64,000 nt of DNA from Eledone cirrhosa (taxonomy: Eukaryota), in contig OZ024740.1 of assembly GCA_964016885.1 (NCBI GenBank), forward strand, positions 421,848,001 through 421,912,000. The letters run 5' to 3'. The notes under the pieces are model-generated. The model was not told where the DNA came from. It was given only the letters and a program-made list of their open reading frames with translations, and did not search any database. Made by a program: the position numbers and the translations under genes. Positions 1-13,400 of this stretch are shown in pieces (positions within the stretch are counted from its first letter, which is position 1; each line of letters starts with the position of its first letter).

Positions 1-776
1 CATATTAAACCTACATAGAAAGGTGGATTAACATAGATATATGTGTCATATTAAACCTACATAGAAAGGTGGATTAACTTAGATATATGTGTCATATTAA
101 ACCTACATAGAAAGGTGGATTAACATAGATATGTGTCATATTAAACCTACATAGAAAGGTGGATTAACTTAGATATATGTGTCATATTAAACCTACATAG
201 AAAGGTGGATTAACATAGATATATGTGTCATATTAAACCTACATAGAAAGGTGGATTAACTTAGATATATGTGTCATATTAAACCTACATAGAAAGGTAA
301 ATTAACTTAGATATATGTGTCATATTAAACCTACATAGAAAGGTGGATTAACTTAGATATATATGTCATATTAAACCTACATAGAAAGGTGGATTAACTT
401 AGATATATGTGTCATATTAAACCTACATAGAAAGGTGAATTAACTTAGATATATGTGTCATATTAAACCTACATAGAAAGGTGGATTAACTTAGATATAT
501 GTGTCATATTAAACCTACATAGAAAGGTGGATTAACTTAGATATATGTGTCATATTAAACCTACATAGAAAGGTGGATTAACTTAGATATGTGTCGTATT
601 AAACCTACATAGAAAGGTGGATTAACATAGATATATGTGTCATATTAAACCTACATAGAAAGGTGGATTAACTTAGATATGTGTCGTATTAAACCTACAT
701 AGAAAGGTGGATTAACATAGATATATGTGTCATATTAAACCTACATAGAAAGGTGGATTAACATAGATATATGTGT
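1..776. repeat. Intronic minisatellite, 46-bp unit (CATATTAAACCTACATAGAAAGGTGGATTAACTTAGATATATGTGT), about 17 copies visible, continues left of the window
   Basis: Near-identical tandem units read directly; occasional 44-bp units lack one AT. Confidence 0.97.
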
Positions 777-1104
777 CACAAAGAAATAGATAAACAAAAA
801 ATAAAATCAATTGAAACTGAACAAAAAAAGAATTTTTAAAATACGCAATTGAGAATAGACCCACTACACTCTGTAAGTGAAATACACATTGGGCTTCTGC
901 ATAGTTTTCATCTACCAAATTCCACTCACAAGTCATTTCGTAGAAAAAGCTTGCCAAATTTAGACCCATAGTCACATTGGAAAATGGATGGTGATGATGA
1001 TGATATGAAGCTTTTGCCCCATACTCAAATGAACGTGAGGCATGGGGGAGGGGGGTAGTTGAGGGAGAGAGAGAGAGAAGTGGGCAGGAGTAGGTAACCC
1101 CTCC

Positions 1105-1318
1105 CACTGCAAAAAAGCACCCAGCCCACACTGTAAATGAGGTTGGTGTTAGGAAGGGTATCAAGCTGTAGAAATCAAGCCAGAATCAGTTCCTGTATGA
1201 GCAAGACAAGGTCAGCCAACCGGGCACTGCCCACAACAGGACAACCCGTCTAACCCATGCTAGCGTGGAAGAATGGACGTAAAATGGTCATGATGATGAT
1301 GATGATGATGATGATGAA
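1105..1318 (+). mobile_element. 3' end of RTE-family LINE/SINE with (GAT)n tail
   Basis: Matches the 3' UTR of the RTE copy at 17322-17620 (AAAAAAGCACCCAGC...TAACCCATGCTAGCGTGGAAGAA.GGACGTAAAA) and ends in a (TGA)n run. Confidence 0.85.
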
Positions 1319-1322
1319 ATAC

Positions 1323-1471
1323 CTGTTTACAGTTCTTTGAACTAATCAATTTAGCAACTACACAGTAATTATTGCGGTAGACATCATGGAGAACTCGGAA
1401 TAAGGATTCTTCTGCTCCGTTCCATTCATCACTGGTAGGTTTCTTACGGACTGGGAACATTATTTCTGAAT
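1323..1471 (-). CDS. EZH2: EZH exon, SANT2 domain ([50 protein letters not shown])
   Basis: Acceptor tattactag, donor CAG|gtattt; 149 nt, phase 1 to 0; W.GAE.SLFRVL...N.C..A.LI..K.C.QV motif. Confidence 0.93.
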
Positions 1472-4400
1472 CTAGTAATAGGAATAAAGAAAGAAGTAAT
1501 AATTAAATGGAAACAACAAAGCAAATTAAGGAATTGTAAGATGTTAAGGAGTAACTACAGATGCACACATAATGACATTTGTATTTTATACTGCAAACTG
1601 TAAATAACAGTAATGATGCTTACAGATTTCCAATAAAGCCATCACTGACACACACAATTATTTCTGTAGTTATCATGATGATAGTGAGGCTACTTTACAA
1701 CTGATAACATGTATTATTGTCATTTTTATGTCTATGTTGGTATGGCTTGGAGGAGACATTTTGGAGCAGTTTATTTTTTTGTTTTTGTATGGCCAGATTA
1801 CCATCTTAATGCCAACTCATACTTTTTAAGTATACTAGGGAGGTGGCATGTGACCTAGTGGTAAGAGTGTTGGACTTACTATTGTATTGTCGTGGGTTCA
1901 ATTCCTGGACTGGGTTGTGTTCTTGAGCAAAACACTTCATTTCATGTTGCTCCAGTATACTCAATCTGAAAATGAGTACCAACAATAGCTAAGGGTCCTG
2001 TCTAGTGGGATGTCTTGTACACTCAGTCATGGAAACCAGATAAAGCACCAACCTGATGAGCCTCCAGGCTTCAGACAGTCTTTAAATATACCAGAGAAGG
2101 CAACGAATTCTTAGAACATCGGATAGAATGCTTTAGAGAATGCATTCTGACTCTCTAAGTTCAAATCCTGCCACGGTCAACTTCATCTTTCATCCATTCG
2201 AGATCGATATAAAAAGGTACCAGTCTAGTACTGTGGTTAATTGTTCCCCTATATTTCTTTCTAACTTCCTCTCTCTTACTCTCTAACCAGTCTCTTGAAG
2301 AAATCAGGGAAGACTTGAAGAGGAGATGGGCTCTACCAGGTATAAAGTGCCCTAGAAATGCTGTATGTCACTACGGTGCCCCTAAGACTCCATCAAGAGT
2401 TGCAGGTTTAGCAAGATATACAAGGGGTCTCAAATAAAATGGAAAGTGATAGAAAGCTTGCCAAACGAAGTGTTGGAAAGTCTTTTCAGCTGTGTCAAAG
2501 ACATGTATATCTCCCAAGCTTTCTACAGCTCTATGCCCTTCCTATTAACAATCGCTTTACAGAGTGCACTGAGCACAAACACGAAAACAAAGTATAAACC
2601 CAAACTAAAAGACATCAACAATTCTTAGAGAGTATACTCTCCTGCGATATAATAGAACAGCTACATTATAGAGATTATATACAAAATAGTTTTCAACCAT
2701 CTTCTCTATTTTAAGAAACTTCTGTACCAGCATCATTACTCTTCTCACTGTCTTCACCATTTGTATTAGCAGGAAGGCCATTTTTCCGTTTCCTGCCTAC
2801 TGTACGTGTAGGGGAGGTCTTTGCACGTTCTGTCCTCTCAAGGCCAACTTTACCATCACATTTGTTGCCATCATGCTGGTCACCATTGGTTTGTTCTTTG
2901 TAGCCAGCCTGATTTATAAAAAAATATATTTAACAAATAGTTTGGAAATATATTAAAGCTTGAAAAGGATACTTAAAACAAAACATGGGTTGTATAAAAT
3001 TGAAAAGAGAAAATAGGAGTAGTAGATAACCAGGTGCGGGTTCAGGCGTTGCATTTTGTCACTGGTATTATGAAATATCTTTAGTTTCAAACAGCCCAGT
3101 AACTATCACATCTTTTATTAAAACAGTGTATTTAAGATAACATTATCTATCTAAAGTGGCCTTTTTTAAAGATGGTAGAATGTGATTTGAGGGAGATTTG
3201 GCCGTTATTTCTAACAGATAATATGACCATGTAAAGACTCACTCATTAGTTTCATCTACTACCGTTACTTTACAGGGAATAAGTACAACTGACAGCTGTA
3301 GGTAACAGCTGTACTAGAATACACTGTGATTCATACATAAATACAGTGTTGAAGCTAATGTACTTCAGATGTTAATGTAACAGAATGTTACAAGGAACCC
3401 ATGCTGACTACAACCAGCTGCTTTACAGAGTTCTGTTAAATATAGAGAAATCATAGAAACTTGTATATCTGAAAAGTGGAAAAGATTTACTTTCAAAATA
3501 TTTTGAGTGAAAGAAACGGTGATATATCACTATTTCTTTATCTCCTCCTCTCAAGTCCTGTTTTAACTTATGTTACGAGGAACACTAAAAGCTAAAAGAA
3601 TTTAACCATTTCCTTATTAAAAGATTCACATATTTCTGTGTGTTATGACAACAACCGTCCTGAAATAACCTCTTCACATTTAAATGAGAATTTCAATACA
3701 AATCGCATGACTACGTCTGTCTAACACTTGTTTGACACATTCTCTGACATTTTTCACATGAAATTTATGCTCTCCAAATTTCTAGATATTTTTTCCACAT
3801 TGCAATTTAGATATTTTCTGCAACTTTCCTTCCTTCTCATCCTGTAACTCTTGAGAGAGACGTAAGGGTGTCATATTAACATATAGCATTTCTAGGACAT
3901 TTTAAAATCTGGCAGAGCCCATCTCTCCAGGTTTGAGTATAGAATATTTCTTCCAGAGAAGGATATAGAGAATAAGAGAATGGAAATGAGAAAGAGATAT
4001 AGAGGAAGAATCTACCCTAGTACTTGACTGGTATTTTTTTTATCGATCTTGAATGGATGAAAATCCAAGTTGACCCCAACAGGATTTGAACTCTGTAACT
4101 TTACATTTGTTAAAACTGGATACCAGTTTGACATTCACAAATAATGACACTGAATTTGAAGGATCTTTCAAAGAAGTAAATGAAACATACAAACAAAATG
4201 ATGGTAAATCTAAAATTGGATATCTCACTTTAAAATAGCAAAAGAAATGACTCCAGCAATAACAACTATGATAATGAAAGGAATTGTTTCCAAGAAGAAT
4301 GGAGTGAAAATATTTTTTTTTAAATTATCTTTCAAATTTGTCCATGTTGTAATGTGGTTAGCATTAGGAATGGCATCCAGTCACACTAAACCAGAACCAG

Positions 4401-7400
4401 TTCTGTATGGGAAAGACAGGATCACTTGACTTGTCTCACAACATGACAACTCATTTAAGTATAAAAAAAAAACTAAACAGTGATGATGGTGATGATGATG
4501 ATGATGGTTGCGATGGGGATGACAATTTTGGTTGTGATGGTGATGACAATGATGATGGTTGCGATGGTGATGACAATGATGGTCGTGATGGTGATGACAA
4601 TGATGGTTGTGATGGTGATGACAATGATGGTTGTGATGGTGATGACAATGATGGTTGTGATGGTGATGACAATGATGGTTGTGATGGTGATGACAATGAT
4701 GGTTGTGATGGTGATGACAATGATGGTTGTGATGGTGATGACAATGATGGTTGTGATGGTGATGACAATGATGGTTGTGATGGTAATGGCAATGATGGTT
4801 GTGATGGTAATGACAATGATGGTTGTGATGGTGATGACAATGATGGTTGTTATGGTGATGACAATGATGGTTGTGATGGTGATGACAATGATGGTTGTGA
4901 TGGTGATGACAATGATGGTTGTGATGGTGATGACAATGATGGTTGTGATGGTGATGACAATGATGGTTGTGATGGTGATGACAATGATGGTTGTGATGGT
5001 GATGACAATGATGGTTGTGATGGTGATGACAATGATGGTTGTGATGGTAATGACAATGATGGTTGTGATAGTGATGACAATGATGGTTGTGATTATGATG
5101 ACAATGATGGTTGTGATGGTGATGACAATGATGGTTGTGATGGTGATGACAATGATGGTTGTGATGGTGATGACAATGATGGTTGTGATGGTGATGACAA
5201 TGATGGTTGTGATGGTAATGGCAATGATGGTTGTGATGGTAATGACAATGATGGTTGTGATGGTGATGACAATGATGGTTGTGATGGTGATGACAATGAT
5301 GGTTGTGATGGTGATGACAATGATGGTTGTGATGGTGATGACAATGATGGTTGTGATGGTGATGACAATGATGGTTGTGATGGTGATGACAATGATGGTT
5401 GTGATGGTGATGACAATGATGGTTGTGATGGTAATGACAATGATGGTTGTGATAGTGATGACAATGATGGTTGTGATTATGATGACAATGATGGTTGTGA
5501 TGGTGATGACAATGATGGTTGTGATGGTGATGACAATGATGGTTGTTATGGTGATGACAATGATGGTTGTGATGGTAATGACAATGATGGTTGTGATGGT
5601 AATGACAATGATGGTTGTGATGGTGATGACAATGATGGTTGTGATGGTAATGACAATGATGGCTATGATGGTAATGACAATGATGGTTGTGATGATGATG
5701 ACAATGATGGTTGTGATGGTGATGACAATGATGGTTGTGATGGTAATGACAATGATGGCTATGATGGTAATGACAATGATGGTTGTGATAGTGATGACAA
5801 TGATGGTTGTGATGGTGATGACAATGATGGTTGTGATGGTAATGACAATGATGGCTATGATGGTAATGACAATGATGGTTGTGATGATGATGACAATGAT
5901 GGTTGTGATAGTGATGACAATGATGGTTGTGATGGTAATGACAATGATGGCTATGATGGTAATGACAATGATGGTTGTGATGATGATGACAATGATGGTT
6001 GTGATGGTGATGACAATGATGGTTGTGATGGTAATGACAATGATGGCTATGATGGTAATGACAATGATGGTTGTGATGATGATGACAATGATGGTTGTGA
6101 TGGTGATGACAATGATGGTTGTGATGGTAATGACAATGATGGCTATGATGGTAATGACAATGATGGTTGTGATAGTGATGACAATGATGGTTGTGATGGT
6201 AATGACAATGATGGCTATGATGGTAATGACAATGATGGTTGTGATAGTGATGACAATGATGGTTGTGATGGTGATGACAATGATGGTTGTGATGGTGATG
6301 ACAATGATGGTTGTGATGGTGATGACAATGATGGTTGTGATGGTGATGACAATGATGGTTGTGATGGTGATGACAATGATGGTTGTGATGGTGATGACAA
6401 TGATGGTTGTGATGGTGATGACAATGATGGCTATGATGGTGATGACAATGATGGTTGTTATGGTGATGACAATGATGGTTTTGATGGTAATGACAATGAT
6501 GGTTGTGATGGTGATGACAATGATGGTTGTGATGGTGATGACAATGATGGTTGTGATGGTGATGACAATGATGGTTGTGATGGTGATGACAATGATGGTT
6601 GTGAAGGTAATGACAATGATGGTTGTGATGGTGATGACAATGATGGTTGTGATGGTGATGACAATGATGGTTGTGATGGTGATGACAATGATGGTTGTGA
6701 TGGTAATGACAATGATGGTTGTGATGGTAATGACAATGATGGTTGTGATGGTGATGACAATGATGGTTGTGATGGTGATGACAATGATGGTTGTGATGGT
6801 GATGACAATGATGGTTGTGATGGTGATGACAATGATGGTTGTGATGGTGATGACAATGATGGTTGTGATGGTGATGACAATGATGGTTGTGATGGTGATG
6901 ACAATGATGGTTGTGATGGTAATGACAATGATGGCTATGATGGTGATGACAATGATGGTTGTTATGGTGATGACAATGATGGTTATGATGGTGATGACAA
7001 TGATGGTTGTTATGGTGATGACAATGATGGTTGTGATGGTGATGACAATGATGGTTGTGATGGTAATGACAATGATGGTTGTGATGATGACAATGATGGT
7101 TGTGATGGTGATGACAATGATGGTTGTGATGGTAATGACAATGATGGTTGTGATGGTGATGACAATGATGGTTGTGATGGTGATGACAATGATGGTTGTG
7201 ATGGTGATGACAATGATGGTTGTGATGGTGATGACAATGATGGTTGTGATGGTGATGACAATGATGGTTGTTATGGTGATGACAATGATGGTTGTTATGG
7301 TGATGACAATGATGGTTGTGATGGTGATGATGATGGTGAAGACAATGACGATGATGACAGCAATATGGTTTTTCTCTGTTCTTGTCTGTGCCATGCGTTG

Positions 7401-10400
7401 AATAATTAGGCCCCATTCTCACACTCACTGCTCCAAGAAATACCATGTTTTTCTATAGTGTAGAACATGCAGTGTTTTATTGTATGGGGTGTGTTGTAAC
7501 AGTGGAAGTTTAAAACAAGAACCTAAATATAAGAAAATCAGACTAAAATACAGATTGCAGCACTTACCAAATGCATGAAACAAGTTTCTCCACACGGTTC
7601 TGCTTCTTGCTTTTTCTCTGGCATTTTACGGGTAAGCATGCTTGGTGTGGGATGGTAAGCTGCAATACAAAAGAGCTGAGTTCACAAAACAAACTAAAAT
7701 CTAAACATATTTAATACAACTATTTGTAAATAAATTATATATATATGACAGTAAGATATATATGACTTCTACTTACGATGTAGGAAACAATCATACTTGA
7801 AACATCTTCGACAAAATAGAGTATGGAAGGAATGCATGGTTTGTTCCCTAGGTACAGAGCGAGCATTTGGACCATCAATGTTTGGGGTACATTCTGGGGG
7901 TATATTGTTGGGGTCTTGGGTCTCCATGAGATCAATATACCTAAAAAACAAATAAATCACATGATTACATTTAAGGGAAATTTCAACAGAGCACAACACA
8001 AACAAAAAAGAAAAAAATCCCATAAAAACTGAGTGTAAAAGAAAATATGTGACTAGAAATTTGTGTTGAATGTAAATGATGAAATTTGAAATGACATAAG
8101 ACGAGGTACACATGTATTTTGATTTGGATTTTTTCCCCCTGTTGCTGGACTGCATAAAGATATAGAACAAATAGTTTCTTGGGATAGCAGGAATGAGAAA
8201 TGGTTAATTTACATTACAGGCCTACTTTGACTAGGTCATATCTATTTATCTACAGCTCAACTAACAATCATGTCATATGTCACATCCTATGTAGTTTGTC
8301 TGCAGCCAAAATATATTTAACTCAAGATGTAAGTATGGCTGAGTGGTTAACATAGTGAGATGACACCAGCCTACTATATTCCTCTTGAGAATTACAACAT
8401 GAAGATCAGGTCTTTCCCAACCCACCTCACCACACTTACTACCTTAACCTATCTCTACTACTTCTCTCTTTCATATTCACTGTCAGCAGTCAACTCAACT
8501 CTACATCTTTTTTATAAGGTTCAGTTTCTTTAGATCATTTTTCAAGACTTCATTCCAAGTCTTATTTGGTCTTTTTTCCACAAGTTTACTTCAAGTGCTT
8601 AGCATCTTTTAAATACAACTCTTGTTCTTACACATTACTTGTTCTTACCAGCACAATCATCTCTTTTACACACTACATCTGATTCTTCTTACTTTCAGCT
8701 TTTTTCTGTCTTTCATGCACACTATACATTACACAGCCAGTGGAGTATGTATGCATCATTGCCATGTAGCATAGCAGTTCAAACACAAACATTCATCTGC
8801 CCTTCACTCTAAGAGAAAATCCCTTTGTTACCATCAAAGGTAATAGCTCCCTGAACTTCTATGCCAATCTCACTACAATACTTTCATTATATCCACCACT
8901 CCTGCTAATGAGTTTACCTAGTTAGCAAAAGCTATTAATTACTTCTAGTGAGCCATCTGAGAATTTAAGGGAGCTTATTTCATGTGTGACCTTACTGTTG
9001 ACTGCACCTGTGGGCCTTTCACATATGAAGTCTATCTTCTTTGTCAGCCTACTCAGGATTCTACTACACCTCTTGTGCATCTATTGTACACACGGGGCAC
9101 AATGTAAGGAGATTTTACCTATATCCTTTCTACACATTGAGCACTATCATTTCCTGATGGTTACAAGATTCTGTCTTCCTTAATACTAAAATCTCAATCT
9201 TTGCTAGGTTTACTTTGATACCAGGTTCTGAGTCTGGAATTTCTTCTCTAATTCTTCTACAGCTTTTGACTATACATCTGTACATGTCCTGTAAATCTCT
9301 CACAAGCCACTACTGTACCTCAAACTTCTTAAATACCCAACACATTACAGAGAGTGGGATTCAGTTCTAATTCTTCTAGTTTCTCACTCCCCACCTATAC
9401 ATGTCCAGTAAATATCTCCCAAGCCACTCCTCTATCCCTAGCTTCCAAAGCACCCACCACAATACAGAGTGTGGGATTAAGTCAAAGAATTTTCAATTCA
9501 ACCTATGCTAGGTATAGGGGACTTATTCTTAGCTAGATATTTCTCCTGCAATTGCCTCATCAAGAAGATGGCATTGATAGTGTTTCTTCCAAACTGCATC
9601 TCATCAAGATTAATTCTGTCCATAAGCAATTTTGTTATCACTTTTTTTATTATCTTCATAACCTGATCCAATAATCTTGTGCTTCTGTAATTGCCTCATC
9701 ATCATCATCATCATCATCACTGTTTAATGTCCATTTTTCCACGTCAGCATGGGTTGGATGAGTTGATAAGGTGACCATTTTTTGCTAATACTGAACTGTT
9801 TCTGGTTCGGTTTCTATTACTGGATGCCCTTCCTAACGCCAACCACTTTACAGTGTGGACTGGGTGTTTTTTTGTTGTGAAACCTACATGACCATTTACA
9901 GTATGGACTGGATGCTTTTTGTCGTGTCACTAACACAATCACTTTAGAGTGTGGACTAGGCTTGTCATTTCAAAGAATACATCTTTAAAAATACCATTAA
10001 CCCTTTAGCGTTCAAAGCGACAAAAACCGACAAAATTATGTCCCCTTTCATTTATTCAAACCGACAAAAACCGACATTTCAGACCACTCGTAGATCTCCT
10101 TCTAAAAATAAACATTGACATCATCAAAATCTCGTCAATTCGAGATTACAGCGAGATAAAGCCCTTACGCGCGAAAATTAACTCTTAGTATAGTTAAAGA
10201 CCTTGTGATAACACGTGTTTTTAACTTTGAAATTGTAACATGGCTTCCGAAAGCAGCGACAACGATTTTGAAGGTTTTACATCCTACGACATTCAAGATA
10301 AAAAAGAAACAGAAGATAATATCAGTGATTTATCTTCAAATGAATCAGATATATTTATTTCTGATATATCTGATGATGATGATAGTCACTTTGAAAGTGA

Positions 10401-13400
10401 AAGCGAAGAGATATCTGACACCATTGAAAAAACACCAACGTGGTTGAAAGAAACAACACCGATACATGTTTCGGATTTTAATGAAAATTCTGGACCACAA
10501 CACACATTACCACCCGATGCTAAAGCTCTGGATTATTTTTTTTTATTTCTACCACAAACTTTCTTCGAAGTTGTGGCAGAAGAGACAAATCGCTATGCAC
10601 AACAACAGATTTCTAATCGAGGAAAACCCGATCTGTTATGGCGTCCGACAGATTCTGCCGAAATGAAAGCGTTTTTTACCATAAACATTATGTTTGGTAT
10701 TAAACAATTTCCACGACTGTGGAATTATTGGAGTACTGATATAAGGTTTGGTGACCCTTATATATCTAGTATTATGGCCAAAACGAGATTTATAAAATTA
10801 AACCAGTATTTGCATCTGGTTGATACTACAAATGCCCCTGGTAGAAATGAATCGAATTACGACCCACTGTACAAAGTACGACCATTAATTGAAATGTTGA
10901 CAGAAAAATTTAAAAGTATGTATTTACCTGGAAAAAATCTTAGTGTTGATGAAGCTATGATTGGGTATAAGGGTAGGGTTCATTTCAGACAGTATATGCC
11001 AGCTAAACCCACCAAATGGGGCATCAAAGTGTGGGAACTGTGTGAATCGGACACGGGATACTGTGTAAACTTTGATGTTTACACAGGAAAAAAACTTAAC
11101 GGAGAGAGAAAGCACGGGTTGGGTTACGATGTTGTGTGGTCGCTGACTCAACCCTTCCACTCTCAACACAGACATATTTATTATGACCGTTTTTTTTCTT
11201 CGGTGCTTTTAGCAGAGGATCTTGCCCTTGTAAATACGTACACCTGCGGCACAATAATGAGCAATCGGAAAGGGCTACCCCAAGAAATAAAAGTTGCGAA
11301 ACTAAAAAACAGAGGAGACATTCTCCAAATGCAAAAAGAGAACATGTTAGCCACAGTGTTCAAAGACAAACGGCAAATTTTGTTCCTGAGTTCTAACCAA
11401 CAACCAGGTGTTGGGGCTGAGGGTAGACCTTTAGTTAACCTCTCCTACAATAAATATATGGGTGGGGTTGACAAATCCGACCAATATTGCGCGTATTACC
11501 CAGTTGGACGCCCTGGAAAGAAATGGTGGAGATACATCTTGTGGTTTTTAGTGAATTTAACCATTGTGAATTCTTATATTGTATTTACTAAAAGCCACAA
11601 GGATCCGCCACCACCAAAGGACTACTGCCACATGAAATTTCGCGTGGACATTGCATCCCAGCTACGTGGGGGATATACTTCTCGCAAACACAAAGCTGGG
11701 AAAAAATCAAAATTAGCAGTGGTCCACAAAGAAAATATTGATTTTCATAAAGTGGAGAGAATTGATGGTAGGAGGAAGGTTTGCCGATTGTGCTCTTTGC
11801 AAAAGAGAAAAACTGTTAAAGGTTACGCAATCCAAACCCTATTTATGTGTTCCTTTTGCAAAGTGCCCTTATGTAAAGGGTGCTTTGGGCAGTATCACGA
11901 TAGAAATATTGTCTGACAATATTGAAAACAATATTTTAAAAATATATTAGCACACATATACAAAAACACCTGCATTCACCTGTGACACACCTGCATCACA
12001 CCTGTTAATGAACTTATATATTGGGAACATTCTGTTACGTAATTTTACACCGTACATTGTGTAAGAGTACATTGCCAATATTATTTTGACTGGTGAAAAG
12101 GTTTTATACATTTTTTTCAATGAAAATATTTGCCTGGAATGTAGAGAAAGACTAAAACCTTGTACTGATTACACCTGCATTTTTAATTAATTCACCTGTT
12201 CGGAAAACTGCTAGAATTGATGGAAATCAGCATCTAGATCATTATTGGATTTTTTTGCAACAAATCTAACAGGTAAGGCAGATAAAGTTTAAATTTTTGT
12301 GTTTATCCATAAAGTTATTACTTTTACACCTGTTAATTAATTTTACCTGCCCATAAAAGTCAAATTTAACAAAAGAAAATCAGGTAAAAATATATAATTG
12401 TAAATTATAGTTCTTTAAACGTCTACTGACAAAATTTCAAGTCTGCACATAGAAAATTAAAGTAATTAGAAACAAATAAAATTGATAACCCTCTTGAGTA
12501 TAATTAAGTGAAAATAATGCGAATAGATGAACATGACATTTGACAATTCAATGTGAATGCTAAAGGGTTAATGTATACAGAGAAACTTTGAATAAACAAT
12601 AACAATAAAAATAAAAGAAAACAAACTTACTTTTCTTTAAGTTCTTCTTGTGTGCCTTTGTCAGGAAACATTGCAGAAATTGATTGAAATATGATGTCAG
12701 CTGGGGGAGTTTTTCTGGATTTATCCACTTGATCTTCTAAAGAGGAGAATTTGAAAAGAAACATTGATAAGCAAAACCCATATATTATCAGCATCATTAT
12801 AAAAAATTAACACTTTCATCACCATATTTCTAATAAAATATACACTGTATTTGAATTACTGAAGAATTTGCAGAGATTTCTAACATAATGAAGTTTATTC
12901 ATAAAATTATATTGGAAAATTTTAATTTAAATTAGAACTACTTAACCCTTTAGTTACCAACTCAGCCAAAACCAGCTCTGGTTCTCTGAAATAAAACCAC
13001 CCATTTTAAAGGTTTCCAACATAATTTTATATAAAAACCTTACATTAAGTTACTATCTTGGTAATGAAATAATTAATAATTCAAGTAAATCCCTTAAAAG
13101 TTTTCATTAATTTAAATAGAGTATATTTCCTTAGAAATACAATCATGAAATGGTTAAAAGAGATGGTTTTGTTTCATAAATCAAAACAGTTTTCGATACT
13201 TTGGTATCCAAAGAGTTAAATTCTTTTATCTCTTATGTCAAAACCCATGTTAGCGTGGAAGATAGACATTAAACGATGATGAATGAATGAATATACAGTA
13301 AAAATAATTTGCCTGGGAGTTTGAAGTATTCAGAGAGACAGAGATAAACAGTTGATAGGGCAATAACATATAAACAATAACTTTTTCAACAAAAAATTTA

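Noticed and set aside
4381-7446. ~1000-aa His-rich, Asp/Gly/Cys-rich, Met/Val and Ile/Thr ORFs
   Set aside because: All arise from a stop-free 24-bp repeat that is open in four frames, lies inside an EZH intron and continues a retroelement tail; there is no sign of one selected frame.
10001-12567. CSB-PGBD3-style EZH-transposase fusion by exon trapping
   Set aside because: The transposase is on the opposite strand to EZH, so an in-frame spliced fusion is not possible.
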